In this document: piece after piece, positions 26,973 to 36,870 of the stretch
Layout of the letters: the number at the start of each line of letters is the position of its first letter
How positions within the stretch are numbered: the first letter of the stretch is position 1
NCBI GenBank assembly: GCA_045863335.1
Contig: BTVY01000019.1
Coordinates: forward strand, 6,939-70,938
DNA from: Candidatus Hydrogenedentota bacterium
GTDB taxonomy: Bacteria; Hydrogenedentota; Hydrogenedentia; Hydrogenedentales; SLHB01
Direction: 5' to 3'
DNA: 64,000 nucleotides
Made by a program: the position numbers and the translations under genes
The notes under the pieces: generated by a model
What the model was told of the DNA's origin: nothing
What the model saw: the letters and a program-made list of their open reading frames with translations, nothing else
The model's database searches: none

Positions 26973-28181
26973 ATGACGACCGAAAACACAACCGGTGAAC
27001 AGCCCCATGAAGTCAAAGCGGTTCCGCAATGGCGGCTCACGTCGCTGGACGCCCTCCGGGGTTTCACTATGTTCTGGATTATCGGTTCGGGCGCGTTCTA
27101 CGACTCGCTCAAGATCATTGCCGAACGGGGCGGGGAGGAGATCAAGGATTTCGCGGTGTTAGCGAAGTCAGGCGTCGCCGGATTTCTGGCCAATCAACTT
27201 GAGCACCGATCCTGGGAAGGGTTCGTTTTTTACGATCTGATTTTTCCCATGTTCATCTTCATTATCGGCGTTTCCATCGTGTTCTCGTTGCAGAAGATGC
27301 TAGCGCGGGAAGGAAAAGCCGCGGTCTACAAACGAGTATTCAAGCGTTTCGCGCTCTTGTTCCTGCTCGGTGTCTTCTACGACGAAGGCATGGCGAAGTT
27401 CTACGAGTACACGGACGCGGGAATGGTGGACTACAGCGATTTCGATGAGAACGTCTTGTGCGGCGTGCTACAGCGGCTGGCCCTGTGTTACCTCCTGACG
27501 AGTCTGCTCTTTATCCACCTTCGGCTGAAGGGGCTCATCGCCGTCTTCGTGACGATCATGATCGCGTACTGGGCGATTTGCTCCTTCGTGCCCGCGCCCG
27601 ACGAGCCGGAATACTCGCTGGCGAAGAACCACAACATCTCCCACTGGATCGACAAGCAGATTCCGCCGTACTACGGAACCGATCCGGAGGGATACTTCAG
27701 CACCTTCCCGGCGGTTTGCTCCTGCTTACTGGGCGTTTTCACCGCTTTTCTGATTCGGAGTCAATCCGTCCCCGATCAGAAGAAAGTTCTGTACATGTTC
27801 GGGACGGGTGTTGCGATGATTCTTCTGGGGTATCTGTGGAGTTACCAGTTCCCAATCATCAAGCGACTCTGGACATCCTCGTATGTGTTGGTGGCCGGGG
27901 GATACAGCCTGGTTCTGCTTGCGATCTTCTACCAGATCATCGACATCTGGCAGATTCGCAAGTGGTCCACGCCGTTCATCTGGATTGGCGCGAACCCGCT
28001 GACGATCTACATGGCGACCAACATTGTGGATTTTGAAGCCCTGGCAGATCGCTTTGTTGGGGGTCCGGTGCGGGAATCTCTGGGAATCTACGGCCCGCTC
28101 CTGAATACGACTGTGTCCGTCGCGCTGTGCATCTGGCTCGTTCGTTTCCTGTACAAACGGCAGATCTTCCTGCGCGTTTAG
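26973..28181 (+). CDS. DUF5009 / HGSNAT-like membrane acyltransferase
   Basis: ATG at 26973 follows GGGGGAA. The product is multi-pass, with the family N-terminal motif …RLTSLDALRGFTMFWIIG…. Confidence 0.8.
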   Translation: MTTENTTGEQPHEVKAVPQWRLTSLDALRGFTMFWIIGSGAFYDSLKIIAERGGEEIKDFAVLAKSGVAGFLANQLEHRSWEGFVFYDLIFPMFIFIIGVSIVFSLQKMLAREGKAAVYKRVFKRFALLFLLGVFYDEGMAKFYEYTDAGMVDYSDFDENVLCGVLQRLALCYLLTSLLFIHLRLKGLIAVFVTIMIAYWAICSFVPAPDEPEYSLAKNHNISHWIDKQIPPYYGTDPEGYFSTFPAVCSCLLGVFTAFLIRSQSVPDQKKVLYMFGTGVAMILLGYLWSYQFPIIKRLWTSSYVLVAGGYSLVLLAIFYQIIDIWQIRKWSTPFIWIGANPLTIYMATNIVDFEALADRFVGGPVRESLGIYGPLLNTTVSVALCIWLVRFLYKRQIFLRV

Positions 28182-28202
28182 CCGTCTTGAACGCTCATCA
28201 CC

Positions 28203-28236
28203 GAGCCCTCCGCTTGCTTTTTCCTGCGGAGGGCTC
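28203..28236 (+). terminator. Terminator-like hairpin after the DUF5009 gene
   Basis: A perfect 11-bp stem GAGCCCTCCGC/GCGGAGGGCTC has a 12-nt loop. No clear downstream U-tract is present, so function is uncertain. Confidence 0.45.
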
Positions 28237-28420
28237 GAACGCTTGTGAGCCGACACACCGTCGGCTGGTCATCGAATCGGCAAACCCGTACAATCGCGGG
28301 CGGTGACGGACACGGGATGCCTTCATGGGTCAAGCCACGAGATCTCATTCGCGTCTTTATTCTGGCCGGGGTCCGGTGAATCCTGTTCCAGTAACCGCTT
28401 TGCCCCGGACGGCGGACATC

Positions 28421-30097
28421 ATGGGTGTTCCCAATCCAATCCTCGTGGCCATTCTGTGGTTGTGGCCGATTCCAGTGCTGTTCGTCGTTTGGCGTTATTT
28501 ACGGAAGTTGCCAACCGCTCCAGAGCCCGAGCCCGAGCCCGAGTGGTTTGGCCGGCCATTGAAAGTGCCGCTGGACAGTCTGGACAAGCTGAGCCTGACG
28601 ATTCTATTTGCGCTCTTCGTCCTGGTTTGGATTGGCCGAAATTCGATCTTCCCCGTTCCGCCGGATTCGTACTACCACCTCATGGTCGCCCGGCAAATCT
28701 ACGAGACCCATTCTGTACCGCTGTGGAATTCCTGGGAATGGGCGCCGCTGGGGCGTCCGCACCTCTACCCGCCGCTGTACCACGTTTTGCTGGCTCTTTT
28801 TGCCGTGCCCTTCAATGGCGATCTACTCGCGGCTTTTCGCAACCTGCAACCGGCCATGCTGCCCTTTGCGCATTTAACAACCTGGTACCTGGCGCGGTGG
28901 TTGTTTGACTCGCGCCGCGCCTTTATTGCGCTTCTGATCGTTGGGCTAGAACCCGTGCTGGTCACGTCGTCCGCACTGGGCATGCCGGGTGTCTTGGTGA
29001 CCTCGTGGGTGAGCTTGCTGGTGGTGTTCTTCCTTTCGGGACGGTGGATCCTTGCCTGCGCGATGTTAACCGTCGCGTTTTACACCCATCTCGGCATTCC
29101 CGCGCTGACGCTCATCGGGCTCGGATTGTTCTGCCTGGTTCGGCGCCAGTATTTGACGCGCTATGTCGGAATGGCGTTGACGGCGCTTGCACTGGCGTCG
29201 CCGTGGTTCATCCGAATCTACGTCTTTCGGGACTGGTTCACCCATCCGCTCGACGCGGGCCTGTACGGCATCATCGAACCGTGGAAGTTGCCGTTCATCA
29301 AGCTCGCCTGGCTTCAGATGATCAATCTCTTCGTCGTGCTTCTCGTGATTCTCGCGGTTCCGCAGATCCGCTGGCGCGAGACCCGCAACCTCGTCCTGCT
29401 CTGCCTGCTCATCGGTTTCCTGCCGATGCTGCTCAGTTACGGCGGTCGATACTACATTCACACCATCCACTTGTGGGCGATCTTCGCCGCGGTGCCATTT
29501 CTTGGCTTTGCCGGCGAACCCCTGCGATGGCGGCGCGTCGGCGCGCTGGCCTTGCTTGCGCTGTGTCCGGCGCCATCCCTCATCGGCCACGGGACGCCCT
29601 ATCCCCCCGGCGTGTACCCCATGCCGTCGGCGTGGATGGTCGGGCCGGTGGTGGCCGCGGGCGGACTGAAAGTCCTAGATGGCGGAGGTGGATTGGGCTT
29701 CGCATCGTTGGAGGACTGCCAGACCGTGGCTGAAGAGATCCAGGCCAAGACTGAGCCGGACCAGATTGTCTATTTCACCTGGGATCGCGACCTCGGAGTC
29801 GCGATCGGCTACCTCAGCGGACACCCCATCGATACCGGGGCCTGGGAGGAGACCATGCCCGATGAACTCAGCCGCAATTTGATCCGGTGGTACGCGTTCA
29901 ACGACAAGACCCCCTGTTATGTGTCCCGCATGGGGTATGGCGTGCCTCACCAGATTGAAGAGCGCGAAATCGCCGGTATGTATATGGGACTTCGCGCCGC
30001 CGAGGAACCGGGTGAGGGCGACAGGCGCGACGCGGAAAAGAAGAAGCGTCACCAGAAGAGGCGCGAACAGCGGGAAGCGAAGGAATCGACGTCATGA
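28421..30097 (+). CDS. Large polytopic membrane protein (GT-C-like?) with basic/acidic charged tail
   Basis: The start was chosen at ATG 28421 (MGVPNPILVAILWLW…). It has about 12 predicted TM helices and the tail …DAEKKKRHQKRREQREAKESTS. Its stop overlaps the next start (ATGA at 30094-30097). Confidence 0.7.
   Translation: MGVPNPILVAILWLWPIPVLFVVWRYLRKLPTAPEPEPEPEWFGRPLKVPLDSLDKLSLTILFALFVLVWIGRNSIFPVPPDSYYHLMVARQIYETHSVPLWNSWEWAPLGRPHLYPPLYHVLLALFAVPFNGDLLAAFRNLQPAMLPFAHLTTWYLARWLFDSRRAFIALLIVGLEPVLVTSSALGMPGVLVTSWVSLLVVFFLSGRWILACAMLTVAFYTHLGIPALTLIGLGLFCLVRRQYLTRYVGMALTALALASPWFIRIYVFRDWFTHPLDAGLYGIIEPWKLPFIKLAWLQMINLFVVLLVILAVPQIRWRETRNLVLLCLLIGFLPMLLSYGGRYYIHTIHLWAIFAAVPFLGFAGEPLRWRRVGALALLALCPAPSLIGHGTPYPPGVYPMPSAWMVGPVVAAGGLKVLDGGGGLGFASLEDCQTVAEEIQAKTEPDQIVYFTWDRDLGVAIGYLSGHPIDTGAWEETMPDELSRNLIRWYAFNDKTPCYVSRMGYGVPHQIEEREIAGMYMGLRAAEEPGEGDRRDAEKKKRHQKRREQREAKESTS
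28523..28543 (+). repeat. (GAGCCC)3 hexanucleotide microsatellite inside the membrane-protein gene
   Basis: gagcccgagcccgagcccgag encodes EPEPEPE. Confidence 0.9.
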
Positions 30098-32481
30098 GAA
30101 TCGTCTTGGCTCTTATCATGCTGGCCGTGCCGTTTTTGGCGGCGAGTGCGGATGCTCCCTGCCAATACGCTTTCACCCTCTGGAACTGGGAGAAGGGTTA
30201 CCGTGACCTGGTATTCTTCCGGAACCAGATCGATGCCTGCGTCGACGCGGGGTTCAACGTGATTGAACTGGGTGCCGGATGGCCGGACTGTGAACCCGAA
30301 CCGGGCCGCTTTGATTTCTCGATGGTCGACGAACGCGTAAGTTACGTCCGCGAAAAAGGATTAGATATCCGGTTGCGCGTCGACGTGAGCCATTGGCCGG
30401 ACTGGTTTGAACCGGAGCTGTTTCAGAATCCGGACGGAACGGTTTTCATTCCGGAACGCGGCTATCTGAGTGTTTTCAGTCATCGCAACCGCGAACATCA
30501 GCTTCGGTTCGTGAGCGCACTCGCATCACACTTCGCAAATCGCGGTTTCACGTACACGCCGGGCTTCAGCGTCCACATGGAGGTCAAATTCGCGGCGTGG
30601 AACTCGTACGAGCCCGCGGCCAAGAGCGCGTTTCGCGATTGGTTAGTGGGGCGATACGAATCCATCGAGGATCTGAATCGGACGTGGCGCACCGGGTTCG
30701 GCCATTTCGACGCGATCGACCCCCCGGTGCCCGGCGCGACGTCGGGTGAGCCGGACTTGAGTCCAGCGGTGCGCGACTGGATTCTGTTCCGGGAACAGGC
30801 GCTCCGGAATTGGGTGGAGGGGTTCGCACATACCGTTCGCACGAGCGACGCCTCCGCGAAGATCTCCGTGCCACTGGGCGAGAGCTACCGGCGCGAATCC
30901 GCAGCCTTTGCCAATCTCGACTACTGGGGGTATTCGCGCGCGGCGGACGAGGTTGTCCACTCCTATGACTTCTTCTGGCATGGGCCCGGCGGCAAGGCGC
31001 AGGTGCAGACTGCCGTTGAGACCATGACTGGGATCACGCAGCTCCCGGTTGTGCTGGAGATTGACGGCCCCTACGCAATCGAGCACTTTGGATACACAAC
31101 AGACGACTATGAAGACGTCGGACGGCTGGCGCGCTTGGCCGGTGCCGCGGGGATTCAAGTGACGAACTGGGGCAGCACGGATGTCCGCACGCAGGACTGG
31201 ATGACGCGACTCAGAGAGAGCCTCCGAAATCTTGACGTGGATGACGGTTCGGTCGCACAGCCGGAAGTCCTCTACTACGTTTCCAAGTGGCAGAATTACG
31301 CCCATCGCGAAGCGGACGAATGGCTGTATGGGCGCCAGTTTGGCCTGCTTGGCGCACTGCGCGCGGCGGGGATTTCCACGCGAGTCGTGACAGACGAGAA
31401 TATTTTGACCGAGCCGCTCACCGCAGACGCGTTGTTTATCCCCTATGCGCCGCTAATCGACGCGCCAGTCCGCGATCGGCTTCGTACCCTATCCTATGGT
31501 ATGCGTGTCGTTTCTCATGACCCGGTTGGTTTGTACACGACAACGGCGAAGACGGAAGGCCAGTTTGGGGCGAAGATCGAGCGCTTGGATAATGCGTGGC
31601 CCGCGGAAAAAGATGCGCTGGGTGCATTGGTTCAGGGGAATGGGGAGTCTCGTCGGCTGCGAGTTGCGGCTGCGCAGTTTCACACAAAGTTTGATGTGGC
31701 CTACAACACGGATCGCATCGTGAATTTATTGTGCGAAGCGGCCGAACGCGATGTGGATGTGGTCGCATTTACGGAGATGGCGCTTACCGGCTATTCCAAA
31801 CGGGCCGAGTTCGCGGATTCCATCGACTGGGATTTGATCGACGCGAGTTTTCAACGCATTCGCGAGTCGTGCCGGGAGTATGGCGTGTACGCGATTCTGG
31901 GTGCGCCGACGCGCGACGGGGATGCGTTGTTCTGTTCGGCGATTGCCATCGATCCCTCCGGGGAGATTATCGATGTTTACGAGAAAACCTTTCTCGCCGG
32001 AGAGCAGTGGGCCACGCCGGGCCGGAAGTTCACCATGTTTCCGATTCGCGACGTGCAATGCGGAACCTTCATCTGTCACGACGAGCGCTATCCGCATTTG
32101 GTGCAACTGCGCGCGCTGGCCGGGGCACAGTTGTTCTTTTATATCTCGTGCGAATCCGGCCTGGCAGACGAACACAAGATAGGCCCCTATCGCGCGCAGA
32201 TCCAGGCTCGGGCCGTGGAGAATGGCGTGTACATCGTGCATGCGAATACCCCTGCCCGCTCGGACGACTGGTCCGCGGGAGACGCGTCGCATGGGCAGAG
32301 CCGGGTTGTCGCACCGGACGGCAACCTGCTCGCGGAAGGGAGCATGGATGGAGAGGAGCTGGTTGCCGCCGATATCGATCTGCAACATGCCCGCAAAGGT
32401 GGAATGGGTGCGGCGCTCACGTCAGGCCCGGCGGCACAATGGATTCGCGACGGGGTCCAATTAATCGGCGAGCGGGAGTAG
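30094..32481 (+). CDS. Signal-peptide protein fusing a GH42-like glycoside-hydrolase TIM-barrel region to a C-terminal carbon-nitrogen hydrolase (nitrilase superfamily) domain
   Basis: 795-aa ORF with N-terminus MRIVLALIMLAVPFLAASADA. GH42-like motifs include WPDCEPEPGRFDFSMVDE and FRDWLVGRYESIEDLNRTW. From about residue 520 the nitrilase triad context is AFTEMALTGY, VYEKTFL, GTFICHDERYP. Confidence 0.8.
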   Translation: MRIVLALIMLAVPFLAASADAPCQYAFTLWNWEKGYRDLVFFRNQIDACVDAGFNVIELGAGWPDCEPEPGRFDFSMVDERVSYVREKGLDIRLRVDVSHWPDWFEPELFQNPDGTVFIPERGYLSVFSHRNREHQLRFVSALASHFANRGFTYTPGFSVHMEVKFAAWNSYEPAAKSAFRDWLVGRYESIEDLNRTWRTGFGHFDAIDPPVPGATSGEPDLSPAVRDWILFREQALRNWVEGFAHTVRTSDASAKISVPLGESYRRESAAFANLDYWGYSRAADEVVHSYDFFWHGPGGKAQVQTAVETMTGITQLPVVLEIDGPYAIEHFGYTTDDYEDVGRLARLAGAAGIQVTNWGSTDVRTQDWMTRLRESLRNLDVDDGSVAQPEVLYYVSKWQNYAHREADEWLYGRQFGLLGALRAAGISTRVVTDENILTEPLTADALFIPYAPLIDAPVRDRLRTLSYGMRVVSHDPVGLYTTTAKTEGQFGAKIERLDNAWPAEKDALGALVQGNGESRRLRVAAAQFHTKFDVAYNTDRIVNLLCEAAERDVDVVAFTEMALTGYSKRAEFADSIDWDLIDASFQRIRESCREYGVYAILGAPTRDGDALFCSAIAIDPSGEIIDVYEKTFLAGEQWATPGRKFTMFPIRDVQCGTFICHDERYPHLVQLRALAGAQLFFYISCESGLADEHKIGPYRAQIQARAVENGVYIVHANTPARSDDWSAGDASHGQSRVVAPDGNLLAEGSMDGEELVAADIDLQHARKGGMGAALTSGPAAQWIRDGVQLIGERE

Positions 32482-35055
32482 GCCGGGCGCCGCGCCCGTC
32501 GGTCCGTTCGGCGTCAGATCCGCCCCGTCGAGCGTGCCGTCGCCGTCGGTGTCCGGATTCAATGGGTCGACATCGACTCCGTCGGGCACACCGTCTCCAT
32601 CGGTGTCGGGATCCAGACGGTCCGTTTCCCCGGGATCGACGACGCCGTCCTGATCGGGGTCTTCCCGGTCGTCCGCAAAGCCGTCGTCGTCGAGGTCCTG
32701 AACGTCCACGCCAGCATCGCCGAGCCACGCGAACAAGTCCGCCGCGAACTGTCTATCCTCCATCGCCTCCAGATTTTGTGATTCGAGCGGTTCGCGCGAC
32801 GCGAGCACCGCAATCCGGCCGGAACCCAACCTTCGAGCCGCGAAACCGGCGTATCGGCCATCGGGAGTGGCCATCAGCACTTGCCACGGCGGTTCGGCCT
32901 GAAGCGCGACCGCTTCCGATACGCGCCACGACCTCGTCTCTCGGGTGAGGGGGGTGTTCGCGGCGCGCACGAATTGTCCGGGTGCCGATCCATTGGGAAT
33001 CAGCAGCAAGCCAGCGGGCCCGAGCCAGCGCGCGACGCGCTCGCGATTCGGTTCATTTACGGATTGCGGGAGGTAGACCAGCGCGCCTCCGCGGGAAACA
33101 TAGTCGAGCACCGCTTGCCGCGTTACCATGCCGGTGACGACTGCCTCCGAGTCAAGCACCACGACCGCGTATGGCGTCAGCGGCGTCGCGATCGGAACTT
33201 CAGCCAGATGATGGCTGAAGTGTAGCGGCGGCGCGGCGAGAAGATCGGCCAACATTTTGAATCCCAGAGGGTCGCTTGTGTGGCGGAGATCGTTCCTGGT
33301 CGGGCGCCCCAAAACCCAAAGCACTCTCCGAACCAGTGGATGGGACGGAGCGACCCGCACCGCAATGCGGTATTGCTGGCGCGCGCCGTCTGGCGAATCC
33401 GGATCGAGATACAAGTTGATCGAACCGGAAGCGGTCGAACCTCGTTCGTACAACTGTTTGTCCACGCCCATAAGAAACCAGCCGCGTCCATTACCGGTTT
33501 GCGGGTACAGGCTGAGCCAGGGGATCTGGCGGCGATCCCAGTCGACGCGCCATCGTGTCTGGGCGTCATCCGGGATGACCTGCACGGCGCGCAATTCGCT
33601 TCCTGCGGATTCGCCCCGGAGCCGGACAAAGTGCGGCGGTGGAACTTCCAACGCCGCCATGCTTTCCACCGCGTCCGAATCGTACAACGGAGTGCCGGCG
33701 AGTGGCACGATTGCGTTGATGATGCCTGTTTGAATCGCGGTCACAAGTCGCGGCTTCATTTCGCCAGTCACGGGTTCGATGGCGTGGACGCGGTTGGCTT
33801 CCCCCGCGAGAAGGGAATGGCCCGCCCACGCCAGCGCATTCACTCTCGACTCGAACCGAAAGGGCGTTCCTCCGGGGGCGCCGCCCGGCCAGACTTCAAC
33901 GCGGTTTCCGATGGCAACGGCCACGGCGCTTCCTGTCCGTGCTACAGCGAGCAGCAACGGTCCATCCGTTCCTGTGAAAGGATACTCGGCGAGCTTCTCA
34001 ATTCCGGACACGCTGGCTCGCAGTTGGGTCAGGTAGGCAAATCCGCTATGCGGCTCACGCGTGGAGACCCAGAACGTGCCGTCGCCGGATACTTGGACCG
34101 GCGTTAATTCGGGATTGGCAACTCCTTTAAGTTCGAGAATGGACCCCGCGGCTTCCCACGTGTCCGGATCAACGGCGCACACCCGCGTGGCGTCGCTGAA
34201 CGATTGACGGTCGGAACCGGGACCCGTGGCGAGGACAACGATCTCTCCGGTCGCCGATGTCTGGACCAGAGCGGCCGGCGTATATTCGGGATGACCGGGG
34301 TAGAGGTCCAGGCGCTCCATGACAACTTCTCCGCGCTCGAGATCGCGCACATGGAGAACAGCGCCTTCGGGGCCAGTCCCGCACAGAACCGCTACATCGT
34401 TTCGCCCGGCCAACACGATCGCCGCAGCCGGACTTCCCGGAAGCAACCACGACGCGGCTTTCTCGACGATAGTCGCAGGACGTTCTCGCGTTAACCTGTG
34501 AACTTCCACGCGGCCCGGCCCGACAGATTCCGGATTCTGCGGCGTGGTCAGTGTGACGAGCAGTGGGTTTCGTTCGTTCTCCGGCGGGACTAAGGCTGCC
34601 GCCCGGTGTGACCAGCCAACGTCGGATATCGACCAAGAAAAGGGCGCGAGATACCCCGTCGCGTCATCAACCAAGGTGACGAAGGTGGCGGAGGGGGCCG
34701 TACTGTCGGTATAGCGTTCTTCCGTGGTGATGGCGACGGATGAGTAAGTCTCCGAACACAGCGGAAATCCGAGAGGCCGGTTTCCAGGCAACAGCATTGG
34801 GGATGAAATCGCCTCTCCGGACCCGATATCGAGGGCCTGAGTATAGACGCGCGCCGCTTCGCCCATAGCGTCGAGAGTGGTCGTCTCGATGAGCGCAACG
34901 GGTCCTCCCGTCACGAATTCTGGACCTTGCGGTTGCGCGAGGGACGCGCATGCCACGCAGAGAAGAAACGCAAGAAACGCAACGGCAGGGTTCACCGAGA
35001 AAGTGCGACGTTTCCTTCGCTCATCGTATCTCCATTTGTCCGCGCGTAAGGCCAT
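32461..35055 (-). CDS. Secreted large protein (beta-propeller-like region) with C-terminal thrombospondin type-3 calcium-binding repeats
   Basis: 864-aa ORF with an N-terminal hydrophobic signal. The C-terminal ~85 aa read DDDGFADDREDPDQDGVVDPGETDRLDPDTDGDGVPDGVDVDPLNPDTDGDGTLDG. Its 3' end overlaps the convergent gene by 21 nt. Confidence 0.75.
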   Translation of the reverse strand: MALRADKWRYDERRKRRTFSVNPAVAFLAFLLCVACASLAQPQGPEFVTGGPVALIETTTLDAMGEAARVYTQALDIGSGEAISSPMLLPGNRPLGFPLCSETYSSVAITTEERYTDSTAPSATFVTLVDDATGYLAPFSWSISDVGWSHRAAALVPPENERNPLLVTLTTPQNPESVGPGRVEVHRLTRERPATIVEKAASWLLPGSPAAAIVLAGRNDVAVLCGTGPEGAVLHVRDLERGEVVMERLDLYPGHPEYTPAALVQTSATGEIVVLATGPGSDRQSFSDATRVCAVDPDTWEAAGSILELKGVANPELTPVQVSGDGTFWVSTREPHSGFAYLTQLRASVSGIEKLAEYPFTGTDGPLLLAVARTGSAVAVAIGNRVEVWPGGAPGGTPFRFESRVNALAWAGHSLLAGEANRVHAIEPVTGEMKPRLVTAIQTGIINAIVPLAGTPLYDSDAVESMAALEVPPPHFVRLRGESAGSELRAVQVIPDDAQTRWRVDWDRRQIPWLSLYPQTGNGRGWFLMGVDKQLYERGSTASGSINLYLDPDSPDGARQQYRIAVRVAPSHPLVRRVLWVLGRPTRNDLRHTSDPLGFKMLADLLAAPPLHFSHHLAEVPIATPLTPYAVVVLDSEAVVTGMVTRQAVLDYVSRGGALVYLPQSVNEPNRERVARWLGPAGLLLIPNGSAPGQFVRAANTPLTRETRSWRVSEAVALQAEPPWQVLMATPDGRYAGFAARRLGSGRIAVLASREPLESQNLEAMEDRQFAADLFAWLGDAGVDVQDLDDDGFADDREDPDQDGVVDPGETDRLDPDTDGDGVPDGVDVDPLNPDTDGDGTLDGADLTPNGPTGAAPGLLPLAD

Positions 35056-35099
35056 AGGACGGCATCATAAACGAGATCCGGCACGGGAAGCTCGCGAGA

Positions 35100-35732
35100 C
35101 TAGGAATCCCAGTTCTGCTCGAGATGATTCAGCGGCCGCCTGCGGGCGGGGTTCGTCGGCACCAGGACACGGCGTTCAATCGCGCGGACCAAGGCGTGGG
35201 CTTCGTCTTCAAAAAAGCCGATCCCGAAATACTGCGGCACACCCTGGTAATCAAAGGCGACACAGCAGCCGCCACCGCCGCGCCAGTTGATCATATTCAG
35301 ATGCGTCTCTGGAGTGGGGGGGAGCAATTCGACCCGAAGGTCGCGGACGAATAGCAGGTCAAACTCTGTCTTGCGTCCGATTCCCAGAATGTCGCGTTCG
35401 ATCGTGATCTTCTTCTCGTCGGCCGCAATGGTTTCGCCGCCGCCAACCATCCAGAGCCACCAGTAAAGAATGCAACCGCATCCTACGGCCATGCCGAATA
35501 CAGCGGCCAAGGCAGGAATTCCCTGTGTGGTCATCGCCTCGTACCGAACCAGACGGTCGATTCCGTAGAGCACGGCAAGACAACACGCCGCGAGGAAGAA
35601 CATGGCCGGGGCGGACACGAGCCAGGTGCTTTTGACCGGGATGGATATCCGGTATCCGTCGGGGCGATTGAATACATAAAATGGTGGCGTCGCCCGGGCG
35701 AAGGACTTTAACGGCGCTGCAGCTAATGCCAT
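35100..35732 (-). CDS. Hypothetical two-TM membrane protein
   Basis: 210-aa ORF with two hydrophobic helices followed by a soluble domain. No family was recognised. Confidence 0.6.
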   Translation of the reverse strand: MALAAAPLKSFARATPPFYVFNRPDGYRISIPVKSTWLVSAPAMFFLAACCLAVLYGIDRLVRYEAMTTQGIPALAAVFGMAVGCGCILYWWLWMVGGGETIAADEKKITIERDILGIGRKTEFDLLFVRDLRVELLPPTPETHLNMINWRGGGGCCVAFDYQGVPQYFGIGFFEDEAHALVRAIERRVLVPTNPARRRPLNHLEQNWDS

Positions 35733-35868
35733 CGGTCTAATCCCTTGCAGGTTTGGTGCTACCGTGGCTGACTCGGGATGGCGTCATTGCTTCCCCTGTC
35801 CCTCTTGTACCACATTTTCGAAGTTTTGCCTATCCGGTAAGGGATGCGCGGGGCGGAGCGCACTCGAA

Positions 35869-36870
35869 TCAGGATGATCCCTTGAACTGATCAAGCAGCA
35901 CTGCCGCCAGAATTACGACGCCCAAGATTACCTGCTGGCCGAAGCTCTCCATGCCGATCCAGGTAAGCCCCGTGGCCAGGACGGCAATGATCAGGAGGCC
36001 AATGAACGTGCCCATGATCGTGCCGCGCCCGCCCGTGAGGCTGGTGCCCCCCACGACGACCGCGGCTATGACCTGCAATTCGTCGCCCACGCCCACGGTG
36101 GGATCGCCGGACCGCAGTTTGGACGACAGCATAAGTCCTCCCAAAACCGACAGCACGCTGCTCATGCAATAGACGGCGAGCTTCACGCGGTTCACGGGTA
36201 CGCCGCTCAACCGGGCGGATTCTTCGCCGCCACCGATGGCCCGCACTTCGCGTCCGAACCGCGTCGTGTTCAGCAGGATGCCTCCGGCGATGAACACGAT
36301 CAGCATGACCACCACGCCCACGGGGACGTGCCCGGCAATCGTGTACCGGCCCAAGAAGATGTAGTTCGCGGGCAAGTCGCTTACCGGGGTGCCCTGCACG
36401 AGCAGGTAGCCGGCCCCGCGCATGGAACTCATGACCGCGAGGGTCGCGATAAACGGTGGAATCTTGAACCGCGTAATGAACAACCCCGATACGCAACCGG
36501 TCGCGAGTCCCGCGGTCATGGCGGCCAGCCATCCGCTAGCCAGGGCCCACGCGGAATCGCCGCCGATGGCGCGGGTGACGAGCGCGCCAACGACCCCGCC
36601 GAAGGCAATCATGGATCCTACCGAGAGATCGATTCCACCGGTGATGATGACGAAGGTCATGCCCACGGAGACCACGCCATAAATGGCGGATTGGTTCAGA
36701 ATCAGAATGAGGTTATCGACGGAAAGAAAGGGGCGAATGCCCTGGTACCGGGCGATGCCTTCAAACACGGCACACTCGATGGCGAGCGCGAATAGCAGAA
36801 ACCCGTAGATTCGCAAGAACTGGCCTGTGGCCGCAGAAGAAGAAGGAGTTTCATTCGTCGCAGTCACCAT
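35869..36870 (-). CDS. Sugar ABC transporter permease (RbsC-like)
   Basis: The start was chosen at ATG 36870-36868 (MVTATNETPSS…). It overlaps the stop of the upstream ATPase gene by 1 nt. Motif: …FVIITGGIDLSVGSMIAFGG…. Confidence 0.85.
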   Translation of the reverse strand: MVTATNETPSSSAATGQFLRIYGFLLFALAIECAVFEGIARYQGIRPFLSVDNLILILNQSAIYGVVSVGMTFVIITGGIDLSVGSMIAFGGVVGALVTRAIGGDSAWALASGWLAAMTAGLATGCVSGLFITRFKIPPFIATLAVMSSMRGAGYLLVQGTPVSDLPANYIFLGRYTIAGHVPVGVVVMLIVFIAGGILLNTTRFGREVRAIGGGEESARLSGVPVNRVKLAVYCMSSVLSVLGGLMLSSKLRSGDPTVGVGDELQVIAAVVVGGTSLTGGRGTIMGTFIGLLIIAVLATGLTWIGMESFGQQVILGVVILAAVLLDQFKGSS

